Sequence record: PV340856.1
Reading direction: 5' to 3' (one strand)
Length of the DNA stretch: 64,000 nucleotides
In this document: piece by piece, positions 28,679 to 37,897 of the stretch
How the letters are laid out: the number at the start of each line of letters is the position of its first letter
How positions within the stretch are numbered: position 1 is the stretch's first letter
The notes under the pieces: model-generated
Told to the model about the DNA's origin: nothing
Database searches by the model: none
The model's input: only the letters and a program-made list of their open reading frames with translations
Position numbers and translations under genes: made by a program

Positions 28679-29331
28679 TTGACGCATGGTTCTGTGTTCC
28701 CATATACAGAAATTATATAATTCCCACCAAGGATCAAGATTTTAAAATTGAAAAGTTTTTTTATAAATATTGTCAAGACTTTGGACATCTCCTAGACGGT
28801 GGCATTCATAATGTTACTGGAGATATCACAGGACTTATTAAAATTTCCGAACTTGATGAGTTTAAATGGATTAATTCTGATTTATGTTCGCATGTAAATA
28901 ATTTTCTGAGACAAATTGGCGTAGATGTCTCAGAACATATGATTCACATACAGAAATCTTGGCCTGTTGTTTGTGACACAAATGGAAGTGTGTCTCCACA
29001 TAACCATAAAAATGCACATATCAGTGCAGTTTATTATGTTAAATGTGATTCGGACAATGGCGGAGATATTGAATTCCATTGCCCACCTTATCACCCTATT
29101 TTAAATTTGCCAGTGATGCTGGAGAATAATTCTACAGTTAGATATACTCCAGAAAAAAATCTACTTCTAATTTTCCCTTCCTCTCTAGAACATAGAGTTA
29201 CGAAATATATCGGAAAAGACTTCCGTTTTTCTATCTCTTATGATATAATGATTACGTCAAAAAAAGACTCTGGACTGGATACAGAATTAATCGTGACACA
29301 TCCATCAATGTGGACTGTTTTGGGAGATTAG
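28675..29331 (+). CDS. 2OG-Fe(II) oxygenase superfamily protein (TIGR02466-like)
   Basis: KSWP...PHNH...ISAVYYV...LLIFPSSLEHRV...RFSISYDI. Confidence 0.88.
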   Translation: MIDAWFCVPIYRNYIIPTKDQDFKIEKFFYKYCQDFGHLLDGGIHNVTGDITGLIKISELDEFKWINSDLCSHVNNFLRQIGVDVSEHMIHIQKSWPVVCDTNGSVSPHNHKNAHISAVYYVKCDSDNGGDIEFHCPPYHPILNLPVMLENNSTVRYTPEKNLLLIFPSSLEHRVTKYIGKDFRFSISYDIMITSKKDSGLDTELIVTHPSMWTVLGD

Positions 29332-29393
29332 CTCAGAGGTAGAGCTACTCGTTTACACCGAGTCGGTCACTGGTTCAATCCCAGTATCTCCCA
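29322..29393 (+). tRNA. tRNA-Val(TAC)
   Basis: Acceptor GGGAGAT/ATCTCCC; anticodon arm ACTCG-TTTACAC-CGAGT; T-loop TTCAATC. Confidence 0.95.
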
Positions 29394-29400
29394 TAAAAAA

Positions 29401-29649
29401 ATGTTACACGTTAAATGCACTTGTTGCAATAAAGAAATTATTTCGTCTTCAAAGCTACAGACATGTGGTTGTGAAAATAATATGATTGTGAGAAATGGAA
29501 CAGTCACTGCACAAGATTTAAATTACGTAGTTTTAATTAAATCTAAAGATAATATAAAAAATCGTGGTTTCCTGACAAATGCTGACCTAAAATACCAAGA
29601 GGAACGACGCAAACGTAAAGTTCGTAAACTAACTTTTGAGGAACGCTAA
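29401..29649 (+). CDS. Small Zn-ribbon-like hypothetical protein
   Basis: VKCTCCNKE...TCGCEN. Confidence 0.7.
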   Translation: MLHVKCTCCNKEIISSSKLQTCGCENNMIVRNGTVTAQDLNYVVLIKSKDNIKNRGFLTNADLKYQEERRKRKVRKLTFEER

Positions 29650-29849
29650 TGATAAATCTCGATGAACGATACCATTCGTATCTTGCAGGACAGAAAAAAT
29701 TTCGCATTGATGGTGTGGAGGAGGCAGTAAAAGGATATGGATTTGAGTGTGATGGTTCATCAATTGTTGGTTATTATGTGTTGACAGAGAACCATAAACT
29801 CGTATATAATCTAAAAGAACAGTTCCAATATATGGAACATCTTTCTTAA
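29649..29849 (+). CDS. Small hypothetical protein
   Basis: MINLDERYHSYL...; TAATG overlap. Confidence 0.7.
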   Translation: MINLDERYHSYLAGQKKFRIDGVEEAVKGYGFECDGSSIVGYYVLTENHKLVYNLKEQFQYMEHLS

Positions 29850-29887
29850 ATATATAACTTACGTTTAAAAAAATCGCATTAAAGATC

Positions 29888-30490
29888 ATGTTTCAAGTTC
29901 CAAACGCTGAATTGTTTTATCTCACTCAGAAGAATACTCTGAAGAGAAAATCCGTACATGATGAATTTAGAGGAAAGAAAGTTGTAGTTTACTTTGTTTG
30001 CGGAGCATATACCCCCACTTGCAGCACAAAACACGTACCTGAATATGAAGCTGCTTATGATGAAATCAGATCTTTGGGTATTGATGAAGTCTATTGTTGT
30101 TCTATGAATGATCCATGGGTTATGAAATCCTGGTGGAAGTCCATGGATATTAAGAAACATAAGTATCTGTGTGATGGAAACGGTGCTTGGCTCTTGAGGT
30201 TTGAGCAACTTGCTTCTGCAGGACAAAAAGTAGTTCAGTTCTTTAATACGGGTATGGGAAGACGTGCATGGAGACATGCTCTTGTCATTCATGACAATGT
30301 TGTTATGCATGAAGTGCAAGAGACTTCAGAAACTGGAGAAAAAAATAACTCTCCAGACGATCCATATGAATTCACTACTGCTCAATCAATCATTGACTAT
30401 CTTAAAACAAGAGAAGAAGTCAAAAAGAGAAATTTAGAATTTAATGAATCTAAAACTTCATTGTCCGATCCTACAGATGTAAACATCTGA
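29888..30490 (+). CDS. Peroxiredoxin, Prx5-like (Redoxin family)
   Basis: GKKVVVY..CGAYTPTCSTKHVPEY...GIDEVYCCSMNDPWVMKSW...RAWRHAL. Confidence 0.9.
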   Translation: MFQVPNAELFYLTQKNTLKRKSVHDEFRGKKVVVYFVCGAYTPTCSTKHVPEYEAAYDEIRSLGIDEVYCCSMNDPWVMKSWWKSMDIKKHKYLCDGNGAWLLRFEQLASAGQKVVQFFNTGMGRRAWRHALVIHDNVVMHEVQETSETGEKNNSPDDPYEFTTAQSIIDYLKTREEVKKRNLEFNESKTSLSDPTDVNI

Positions 30491-30516
30491 TACTAACCCC
30501 CCCTTCGGGGGATCTA

Positions 30517-30590
30517 CGGGGCTTAGTTCAGTTTGGTAGAACGCTCGCTTTGGGAGCGAGAGGTCACAGGTTCAAATCCTGTAGCCCCGA
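30517..30590 (+). tRNA. tRNA-Pro(TGG)
   Basis: Acceptor CGGGGCT/AGCCCCG; anticodon arm CTCGC-TTTGGGA-GCGAG; T-loop TTCAAAT. Confidence 0.95.
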
Positions 30591-30606
30591 TTTCCACTAC
30601 CCATGC

Positions 30607-30825
30607 ATGGAAAAAATTACAATACAACAATTAGAGTCCGATTTTGATGCCATTTTTGAGAGGGTGGAAAAAGGTGAGTCCTTCCACATTCTCACACCAG
30701 ATGGTAAGGACGTGATGATGGTTCCATCCGAGGATGTTATCAAGGCTTCTATTGAGGCTGGAGTTGCATCTCCCATTGATGATGACTACTTCAAACTCTA
30801 CCAAGAAACTGGTGAGGCTCCTTGA
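30607..30825 (+). CDS. Phd/YefM antitoxin-like small protein
   Basis: MEKITIQQLESDFDAIFERVEKGESFHILTPDGKDVMMVP matches the Phd beta-alpha-alpha-beta-beta pattern; acidic tail. Confidence 0.65.
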   Translation: MEKITIQQLESDFDAIFERVEKGESFHILTPDGKDVMMVPSEDVIKASIEAGVASPIDDDYFKLYQETGEAP

Positions 30826-30850
30826 CAAATCTAGTCCACGACAGTAAAAT
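30822..30850 (+). promoter_or_regulatory. Sigma70-type promoter
   Basis: TTGACA-17 nt-TAAAAT. Confidence 0.7.
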
Positions 30851-30873
30851 TAACTCGTAAACCAAACCGACTC

Positions 30874-31083
30874 ATGTCTGTTCAAGTTAAGTTCAAGAAG
30901 GATATTGGTATGCTGATCGCAGCAGCCAATGGTGATTTTTATCTTGATGTTAAAAATCCAAAACTTTATAAAAAAGTTCGTCGTTTTTATGAAAAAGAAG
31001 GTGTAGAATTTACAGGAGATGTTGAAGAGGATTATGAAATCCTCATTGACTATCTCGCCTCTGATCTTAATTGTGCAGTTTGA
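30874..31083 (+). CDS. Small conserved cyanophage-type hypothetical protein
   Basis: 69-aa ORF downstream of the promoter. Confidence 0.7.
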   Translation: MSVQVKFKKDIGMLIAAANGDFYLDVKNPKLYKKVRRFYEKEGVEFTGDVEEDYEILIDYLASDLNCAV

Positions 31084-31358
31084 TGCGTATTGCAAAAAAG
31101 CCAACCGTTCTTCTTGAGCGGTTCCCCTATCGTTATATTCAGTGTGGCACACTAGAAATCAATGGTATGCCAGACTGTCGCATCCAAAAAGTAGATTCCT
31201 ATACGGGTCGATACAGAGACATGTATCTGTGCGACAATGAGATGCAGTTGATGACCGCTATGGAAGATCATGATTACACCTGCTGGTTAGATCCTGATGG
31301 TGTTCCTTGTTATGTTCGCGGTGATGTGGTTACAGCAAATGGTCGCGGAGTGACCTAA
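31083..31358 (+). CDS. Conserved cyanophage-type hypothetical protein (LLERFPYRYIQCG...YLCDN.MQL.TAMED..Y..WLDP)
   Basis: TGATG coupling at 31081-31085. Confidence 0.75.
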   Translation: MRIAKKPTVLLERFPYRYIQCGTLEINGMPDCRIQKVDSYTGRYRDMYLCDNEMQLMTAMEDHDYTCWLDPDGVPCYVRGDVVTANGRGVT

Positions 31359-31425
31359 AACCTGCCCTGGTGGAGCCAGTCTCGGGATGACTATAAAAGC
31401 GCCCTGGTCGGGATTATGACCCCCT
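31341..31425 (+). ncRNA. Structured tandem element, possibly part of a manA-type cyanophage RNA motif
   Basis: Two units of hairpin (GGTC..GACC, AGTC..GACT) + TAAAA + GCCCTGGT. Family assignment is from memory and unverified. Confidence 0.4.
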
Positions 31426-31432
31426 GTTTAAT

Positions 31433-31681
31433 ATGAATGACGACTTTCCAAGTATTCCAGAACAAGCAAGAAACTTATCTAAGACTGCTTTAGATATTGC
31501 AAAGTCTCTCGCTGAGACTCGCAGACTTCTTGCTCCAGATGATTTAGTTGATTTACGCAATTCCATTTGTGAATCTTGCGATCGATATGAATATGATTCT
31601 TCTAGATGCAAAGAATGTGGTTGTTTTATGGTGAACAAAGTCCGTTTTAATGGGGCTAAATGCCCTCTTGGTTATTGGTAA
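31433..31681 (+). CDS. Small Cys-rich protein (CxxC...CxxCGC...CP.G.W; DUF6171-like)
   Basis: ICESCD...RCKECGCFM...AKCPLGYW. Confidence 0.75.
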   Translation: MNDDFPSIPEQARNLSKTALDIAKSLAETRRLLAPDDLVDLRNSICESCDRYEYDSSRCKECGCFMVNKVRFNGAKCPLGYW

Positions 31682-31682
31682 G

Positions 31683-32156
31683 ATGTTTGTATTAGATGAT
31701 TTTTTAACTGATTTTCAGATTCAAAAAATCTATAATAGAAACCTCCCTTATGATCATACCCTCTATCCGAAAGAGGAACTTGAATGCTTTTATCCTTTTT
31801 TTGATGAAGCAAAAAAACATTTTGATTTTTCAGAATGTATTGGTTATGAAGTCTGGAGACAACGCAATCCCCAGAATCTCGGTTGGCATTATGATCATGA
31901 TGAAATTCTTCTTCAAACAGAGGATGTTTTTTCTTGGCCAATATGCACAATTGTTTACTACATAAGAGTATGTGATATTCTTGGTGGTAATCTTCTCTTT
32001 AGAGATGGAACGTCCATCAAACCGTTACAAAATCGACTAGTTATTTTTGGTCCTGGTATTGAACATGCTGTTGATGAAATGTTTACGGTTGATGGACACC
32101 GAGATTCTATTCTCATAAATCCCTGGACATATGAGATTAAAAACCCCGTAGGATAA
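31683..32156 (+). CDS. 2OG-Fe(II) oxygenase (prolyl-4-hydroxylase-like)
   Basis: WHYDHDE...TIVYY...GGNLLF...NRLVIF...EHAV...R.SILIN. Confidence 0.85.
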   Translation: MFVLDDFLTDFQIQKIYNRNLPYDHTLYPKEELECFYPFFDEAKKHFDFSECIGYEVWRQRNPQNLGWHYDHDEILLQTEDVFSWPICTIVYYIRVCDILGGNLLFRDGTSIKPLQNRLVIFGPGIEHAVDEMFTVDGHRDSILINPWTYEIKNPVG

Positions 32157-32165
32157 GGGTTAATC

Positions 32166-32235
32166 CTGCTGGTGCGGATGGGATATATCCCGCCTGGTTT
32201 CCAATTTCCAGTAAAAGAATTGGTGGCGAGCCTGC
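32166..32235 (+). ncRNA. wcaG RNA motif-like structured RNA
   Basis: Two TGGYG motifs; hairpins GGGA-TATA-TCCC and CTGG...CCAG; loop CCAATT complementary to downstream AATTGG (pseudoknot); upstream of an epimerase cluster. Confidence 0.7.
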
Positions 32236-32248
32236 AACCCCCCTAAAG

Positions 32249-32842
32249 ATGAAACCAAAGTACGAAGATTTTATAGGCCTTTATGAAGGAGCGGTAGATC
32301 CAGAGTTTTGTAATTGGATCTGTCGTTACATGGATAACTCTACTCATGTTCTTCCAAGAAACTTCATGCAAGTAAAAGATCAACAGATCTGCTTTAGTGC
32401 ATTTTCTCCACAAGAGAATAAGCAACTAATGGAAATGGTTGATCGTTGCCTCTTCGACTATGTTAGTGAGTATCCATATCTTTCTAATTTTAATTATGTT
32501 AGTTCTTTGACTCTAGTGCAAAAAACTGAACCATGTCAAGGTTACCATCTCTTTCATGGTGAAAATCTAAACTGGGATGTTCAACACAGAACTCTCGCTT
32601 GGATGGTTTATTTAAATGATGTTAAGGAGGGTGGTGAAACTGAGTTTCAATATCAGAAACGAAGAGTTCGTCCCAAAAAAGGAACAGTTCTTATTTGGCC
32701 TGGAGGATTTACTCATCTCCATAGAGGCAACCCTCCCTTGAGTGGTAACAAGTACATTGCCACTGGTTGGTATCAAGGATCAATTGGTTTACGTGAAGTG
32801 TACACCGCTGGTATTAATGATAAAAAACAAAACGAAGATTGA
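32249..32842 (+). CDS. 2OG-Fe(II) oxygenase
   Basis: GYHLFHGE...RTLAWMVYLNDVKEGGETEF...P.KGTVLIWP...THLHRGNPPLSGNKYIATGW. Confidence 0.92.
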   Translation: MKPKYEDFIGLYEGAVDPEFCNWICRYMDNSTHVLPRNFMQVKDQQICFSAFSPQENKQLMEMVDRCLFDYVSEYPYLSNFNYVSSLTLVQKTEPCQGYHLFHGENLNWDVQHRTLAWMVYLNDVKEGGETEFQYQKRRVRPKKGTVLIWPGGFTHLHRGNPPLSGNKYIATGWYQGSIGLREVYTAGINDKKQNED

Positions 32843-32937
32843 TTGGTTGGGTCTATTAAGACCCAATTTTTGTTTTTGGGGTTGCAGAAAACTCTTAGAC
32901 ATAATATAATAAATAAGACGCAGTAAATTATTACAAC

Positions 32938-33972
32938 ATGGCGCAACAAAAAACTGCACTGGTTCTCGGTGCTGGTGGTTTCATTGGAAGTCATATGGTT
33001 AAACGCCTGATCAGAGAAGGATATTGGGTCAGGGGTGTAGATATTAAATATCCAGAGTTCTCTGAGACGATGGCTCATGAGTTCGTTATTGGTGATCTTC
33101 GTAGTCATACTGTCGTTGAAGGTGTTCTCTCTGTCAACAATGGCACCTTTGATGAGATCTATCAGTTCGCTGCAGACATGGGTGGTGCAGGGTATATCTT
33201 TACTGATGAACACTCTGCAGACATTATGCATAATTCTGCTAGTATTAATCTAAATATTTTGGATCGTCAGAAGAAACTGAATGATTTTCTTAGTGTAAAC
33301 AAAACTAAGATTTTCTATAGTTCTTCTGCATGTATGTACCCAGAACGTAATCAACTGGACCCTGATAACCCTGATTGTCGTGAAGAATCCGCATATCCAG
33401 CAGACCCAGACTCCGAATACGGATGGGAGAAACTATTCTCCGAACGTGTATACTTTGCTTACAACAGGAACTATGATATTCCTGTTCGTGTTGCCCGTTA
33501 TCATAACATCTTTGGTCCCGAAGGAACCTGGGAGGGAGGAAAGGAGAAAGCACCAGCTGCAATCTGCCGTAAGGTCGCCTATCTTCCTGAGACGGGTGGA
33601 GCAATCGAGGTGTGGGGAGACGGCTTACAGACTCGTTCCTTCCTGTTCATTGACGAATGCATTGAAGCAACTCGAAGACTGATGGACAGTGACTTTATGG
33701 GTCCTGTGAACATTGGATCTGAAGAAATGGTACAGATCAATCAACTAGTTGACACTGCTGCCAAAGTTTCTGGTAAAGTAGTAACTAAGTTGCACAAACT
33801 TGATGCACCTTTGGGTGTTCGTGGACGTAACTCCAACAATGATCTCATTCGTGAGAAACTTGGTTGGGATTATTCTCAAACCCTTGAGGAAGGTATCCGT
33901 AAAACGTATGAGTGGATCTCTGCTCAAATCAAAAACCGTAAACTAGCTGAACGTGAATTGACCAATGTCTGA
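32938..33972 (+). CDS. GDP-mannose 3,5-epimerase-like extended SDR (NAD-dependent epimerase)
   Basis: GAGGFIGSH, FAADMGGAGYI, YSSSACMYP, YGWEK, RYHNIFGPEGTWEGGKEKAPAAICRK, GVRGRNSNN. Confidence 0.9.
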   Translation: MAQQKTALVLGAGGFIGSHMVKRLIREGYWVRGVDIKYPEFSETMAHEFVIGDLRSHTVVEGVLSVNNGTFDEIYQFAADMGGAGYIFTDEHSADIMHNSASINLNILDRQKKLNDFLSVNKTKIFYSSSACMYPERNQLDPDNPDCREESAYPADPDSEYGWEKLFSERVYFAYNRNYDIPVRVARYHNIFGPEGTWEGGKEKAPAAICRKVAYLPETGGAIEVWGDGLQTRSFLFIDECIEATRRLMDSDFMGPVNIGSEEMVQINQLVDTAAKVSGKVVTKLHKLDAPLGVRGRNSNNDLIREKLGWDYSQTLEEGIRKTYEWISAQIKNRKLAERELTNV

Positions 33973-34564
33973 AACTATTACTAAAGTACCCGATACAACT
34001 ATTGTTCTCAGGAAATCTGAGATTCAAAACCTTGATGTCTCTGCACTAGAGAATGCATCTCTTAATCCGAATGACTGGCTGTCTGCTGGACAATCTGAGT
34101 ATCGTCTCTATGCATATCTGTCTACTTGTTTCAATGATTCTGTTATCCTTGACGTAGGTACTCGCGTTGGTGGATCTGCTCTTGCACTTTCTTATAATGA
34201 AAACAACCGTGTCATTAGTTATGATTTGGTTGAGCAAGGTGCATCTAAAATCGTAAAGGATAATATTGAATTTAAGATTCAAGACTTTCGTGAAGACGAA
34301 ACTCTAAACTACGATGAGATTTCAATCATTATGATTGATGTTGATCCTCATGATGGTATTCAAGAAGTTGAGATGATGGAATTCCTGAACGACAAGGAAT
34401 GGAAAGGTATTATTCTTCTGGATGATATTGGTCCTGCTTGGCCTGAGGTTCAGGACATGTGGGATGCAATTGAGGAGCCCAAGATTGATGTGACTGAAGT
34501 TGGTCACATGAGTGGAACTGGACTGGTAAACTTTGGATCTAAGCACACTGTTGATTGGGAATGA
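33965..34564 (+). CDS. Class I SAM-dependent methyltransferase
   Basis: ILDVGTRVGGSALAL; IMIDVDPHDG; ILLDDI. Confidence 0.8.
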   Translation: MSETITKVPDTTIVLRKSEIQNLDVSALENASLNPNDWLSAGQSEYRLYAYLSTCFNDSVILDVGTRVGGSALALSYNENNRVISYDLVEQGASKIVKDNIEFKIQDFREDETLNYDEISIIMIDVDPHDGIQEVEMMEFLNDKEWKGIILLDDIGPAWPEVQDMWDAIEEPKIDVTEVGHMSGTGLVNFGSKHTVDWE

Positions 34565-35409
34565 AAATTACTATTTTGGGGTCTTCTGGTCAGGTGGGTG
34601 CCTACCTGACTCAGTATTTCAAGGCCAAAGGTCATGATGTAATTGAGTTTGATAAAGTCAATGCAGACTGGCAGGATATGACTCGTATCCCCAATGTCAA
34701 TCTGCAAGATGCTTTGAAGGATACGGATTTTTGTTTCTTTCTTGCATTTGATGTGGGTGGCTCTCACTACCTGAAAAAGTATCAACATACATTTAAATTC
34801 CTTGATAACAATGCAAGGATGATGTGTAATGCTTTCCAGTATCTTGAAAAGTATAAAGTTCCTTTCGTATTCGCCTCATCTCAGATGAGTAGCATGAGTT
34901 ATTCTCCTTACGGAGTTATGAAGAGAGTTGGTGAACTATATACTGAGTCCCTGGGTGGCAAGATTGTTAAATTCTGGAATGTTTATGGTATCGAGAATGA
35001 CATGGAGAAAGCCCACGTCATTACCGACTTCATCGACAAGGGATTTAGGAACGGAGTCATCGACATGATGACAGATGGTACAGAACAACGAGAGTTTCTT
35101 TACGCAGAAGATTGTTGTGAAGCTCTTGAGGCAGTCATGCAAAATTATGATGACTTCACCTCTACTGACCCTCTTCATATTACTTCTTTTGTTAGTACAT
35201 CTATTCTGGAAGTCGGAAAGATTATTCAGAATCTATTTGATGCTGACGGTAAAGAAGTCAAAGTTATTCCTGCGGAGTCGAAAGACACTGTTCAGAAAGA
35301 TGCTCGCAACCAGGCGGATACCTTTATTACTAAGTGGTGGAAACCCAAGACTAGTATCGAAGAAGGTATTGCAAAAGTCTATCGAGAAATGAAACATTAC
35401 CATGAGTAA
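34561..35409 (+). CDS. NAD-dependent epimerase/dehydratase (extended SDR)
   Basis: ILGSSGQVG, FASS, YGVMK (YxxxK), FWNVYG, REFLYAEDC. Confidence 0.88.
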   Translation: MKITILGSSGQVGAYLTQYFKAKGHDVIEFDKVNADWQDMTRIPNVNLQDALKDTDFCFFLAFDVGGSHYLKKYQHTFKFLDNNARMMCNAFQYLEKYKVPFVFASSQMSSMSYSPYGVMKRVGELYTESLGGKIVKFWNVYGIENDMEKAHVITDFIDKGFRNGVIDMMTDGTEQREFLYAEDCCEALEAVMQNYDDFTSTDPLHITSFVSTSILEVGKIIQNLFDADGKEVKVIPAESKDTVQKDARNQADTFITKWWKPKTSIEEGIAKVYREMKHYHE

Positions 35410-36349
35410 AGGATTTAAAAAATCGTTGACGAAATCCCTAGGCAACGATACTTCTATTTTATCTCCAGATAAAAAGTTTCCAATTAACTTGATCTGCAAT
35501 GATGATTTGGAACCATCTACATCTGCAAACAACAGATCCGTTTATACCCGCTGGGTTCGTGACGGATCTGGATTTTGTAATTTGTATGTCAACCATAGAG
35601 CATTGGAAGTTCTAGAAGATACTAGTGATCTTCCTAAGTTCATTTGGTTGCTTGAGTCAAGAGAAATTATTCCAGACCAGTACAAATTCATTGAAGATAA
35701 CTATGATTTTGTTGCTAGTCGTGTGGATGGGATTTTTACTTGTGACCAAAGACTCACGCATGAGGCTGGTCCTGACGGCAAATTTCTTTATTGCCTCTCT
35801 AATGCTGCTCCTTGGGTCATGGATAGAGATATCTACGACAAGTACAAGCTCGTCTCAATGGTCGCATCTAACAAAGGATATACTCTGGGACACCAGCGTC
35901 GTCTCAAAGTAGTGCAGGAATACTTTAATAAGTATGGTGGTGACGATCTATTTGGTTGGGGACTTCCTCAGGAACTTCCTCTCAAAGAAAAGTCCAGAGC
36001 ACTTGCAGACTACATGTTCTCCTTTGCTGTAGAGAATGCAAACTATCCCACGTATTTCACTGAGAAGTTGACCGATTGCTTTGCTTGTGGAACTATTCCC
36101 GTTTATTATGGTACGATAGGAGTTGCACAGTACTTCAATCCTGAAGGAATCATTTTTCTTGATCAGAATCGACCATGGGAAAACATTCCCTGGGAAAAAT
36201 TGACCCAAGAATATTACCTATCAAAGAAAGATGCTATTGTAGAAAACTTCAATATCGCTAAAGAGATGCGAGTTGCAGAAGACTACATGTATGCAAATTA
36301 CTTAGCACAATTAGATCCTATTAGAAATCAGAGGCCAGTAACAGTATGA
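35402..36349 (+). CDS. Glycosyltransferase family 10-like (alpha-1,3-fucosyltransferase motif)
   Basis: YMFSFAVENANYPTYFTEKLTDCFACGTIPVYYG. Confidence 0.85.
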   Translation: MSKGFKKSLTKSLGNDTSILSPDKKFPINLICNDDLEPSTSANNRSVYTRWVRDGSGFCNLYVNHRALEVLEDTSDLPKFIWLLESREIIPDQYKFIEDNYDFVASRVDGIFTCDQRLTHEAGPDGKFLYCLSNAAPWVMDRDIYDKYKLVSMVASNKGYTLGHQRRLKVVQEYFNKYGGDDLFGWGLPQELPLKEKSRALADYMFSFAVENANYPTYFTEKLTDCFACGTIPVYYGTIGVAQYFNPEGIIFLDQNRPWENIPWEKLTQEYYLSKKDAIVENFNIAKEMRVAEDYMYANYLAQLDPIRNQRPVTV

Positions 36350-37146
36350 CAACTACAGTAGATAGAAAGGGTTGGGAAGCCGAAGATAAAATTGCAGATG
36401 AATACCTACGTGCTTGTACAGAAGCAGTAGAAGATGATTCTGCTTTTGAAGTATTCAAATCCAATCCAGAGTATACAACTATTCTAGAACACGTTCTTAA
36501 AGATCAGGGTCAATCATACCTGAACATGGCTCGTGAGATGAACGAGGAAGCTTTTGAGGATAACCTCGCAGGTTTCATGGAGAATGATCGGTATGGTTCT
36601 CCCAATACACAAGTTTATCCTGGTATTGAAGGACAGATCTCCCCTACCACTTTACGTTACATTAAGAATACGTTTGAGATTGCCTTCATGGTGAATGAAT
36701 CACCAATTAGTCGTATTGTTGAAGTTGGTGGTGGATATGGCGGACTGTGTAAAGTTCTCAGTACTGTCTGTGAGTTTGATGAGTATATTCTGATTGACCT
36801 TCCAGAGGTCAGTGCTCTGCAAAGAAAGTACATCGATCTGTTCCCAGATATCAAAGATAAGGTAAAATGTATTCCATGCACTGAGTACGAAGAGATTAAA
36901 GATATCGATCTCTTCATTAGCAATTATGCTTTGTCTGAGTGTAGTCTTGAAGTTCAGATGGAATACTATGATAAACTGGTTACAAATACTAAGTTTGCTT
37001 ATCTCATCTACAATCTTGTCAACTTTAACGATTTCCACTATAATGATTTCATCGACAAGATGAAGGAAACATTTACCTTCGATGTTGGTAGAGACTATGA
37101 AAACACTGTCATTCTAGCTACAAAAAAAGATGAATCGAATCCCTGA
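36346..37146 (+). CDS. Putative sugar O-methyltransferase
   Basis: LRYIK...IVEVGGGYGGLC...IDLPEV...DLFISNYALSEC...Q..Y. Confidence 0.8.
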   Translation: MTTTVDRKGWEAEDKIADEYLRACTEAVEDDSAFEVFKSNPEYTTILEHVLKDQGQSYLNMAREMNEEAFEDNLAGFMENDRYGSPNTQVYPGIEGQISPTTLRYIKNTFEIAFMVNESPISRIVEVGGGYGGLCKVLSTVCEFDEYILIDLPEVSALQRKYIDLFPDIKDKVKCIPCTEYEEIKDIDLFISNYALSECSLEVQMEYYDKLVTNTKFAYLIYNLVNFNDFHYNDFIDKMKETFTFDVGRDYENTVILATKKDESNP

Positions 37147-37897
37147 TTATATGGAATTGACATGCGATATTGTCGCATGGATCTGTGATTACTGTTATAA
37201 ACACTCCATCAAGTCTTTGGTTGTTGGAGTGTCTGGCGGTATCGACTCTGCAGTTTCTTCTACTCTTGCAGCTAAGACTGGTCTTCCTGTCTATGCTGTG
37301 GGTATGCCAATCAATCAAAAGAAAGAACAAGAGACTCTATCTGATGCTCATCTGTTTTGGTTGGAAAAGAACTATCCTAACGTGACTGTTCTTAAGGCAG
37401 ATCTTTCCGAAGTATTTGGAAAGTTTATTGAGACTATTGGTAATGATTGTGGTGTTGAATACTCCATCAATAAAATGGCAGGTGCAAACAGTCGGTCTCG
37501 ACTTCGTATGGTAACCCTGTATCAGATCGCTGCCTCTGTTGAAGGTATCGTGGTTGGTACAGGTAACAAGGTGGAAGACTATGGAGTTGGTTTTTACACT
37601 AAGTATGGTGACGGTGGCGTTGATATTGCTCCGATTGCTGATCTTTATAAAACAGAAGTAAGAGAACTTGGACGATTCAATGGAGTAATTCCTGAAATCG
37701 TTGAAGCAAAACCCACTGATGGTCTGTGGGATGATGGACGTACTGATGAGGACCAGATCGGTGCATCCTATGAAGATTTAGAATATGCTATGGAACATGG
37801 CACTGGTCCTGCAGTTCGTATCCTTCATGATTTCAACTGTAAGAACAAGCACAAGATGCTTCCTATCCCTACATTTAATTTGGTTACTAAGAAATGA
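37130..37897 (+). CDS. nadE: NH3-dependent NAD+ synthetase
   Basis: VVGVSGGIDSAV, ANSRSRLRM..LY, GTGNKVED, FYTKYGDGGVDIAPIADLYKTEV, PTDGLW...TDE..IG.SY. Confidence 0.92.
   Translation: MNRIPDYMELTCDIVAWICDYCYKHSIKSLVVGVSGGIDSAVSSTLAAKTGLPVYAVGMPINQKKEQETLSDAHLFWLEKNYPNVTVLKADLSEVFGKFIETIGNDCGVEYSINKMAGANSRSRLRMVTLYQIAASVEGIVVGTGNKVEDYGVGFYTKYGDGGVDIAPIADLYKTEVRELGRFNGVIPEIVEAKPTDGLWDDGRTDEDQIGASYEDLEYAMEHGTGPAVRILHDFNCKNKHKMLPIPTFNLVTKK

Noticed and set aside
30550-30606. Provided TTG start of the 91-aa ORF
   Set aside because: It lies inside tRNA-Pro; ATG 30607 gives the Phd-like N-terminus.
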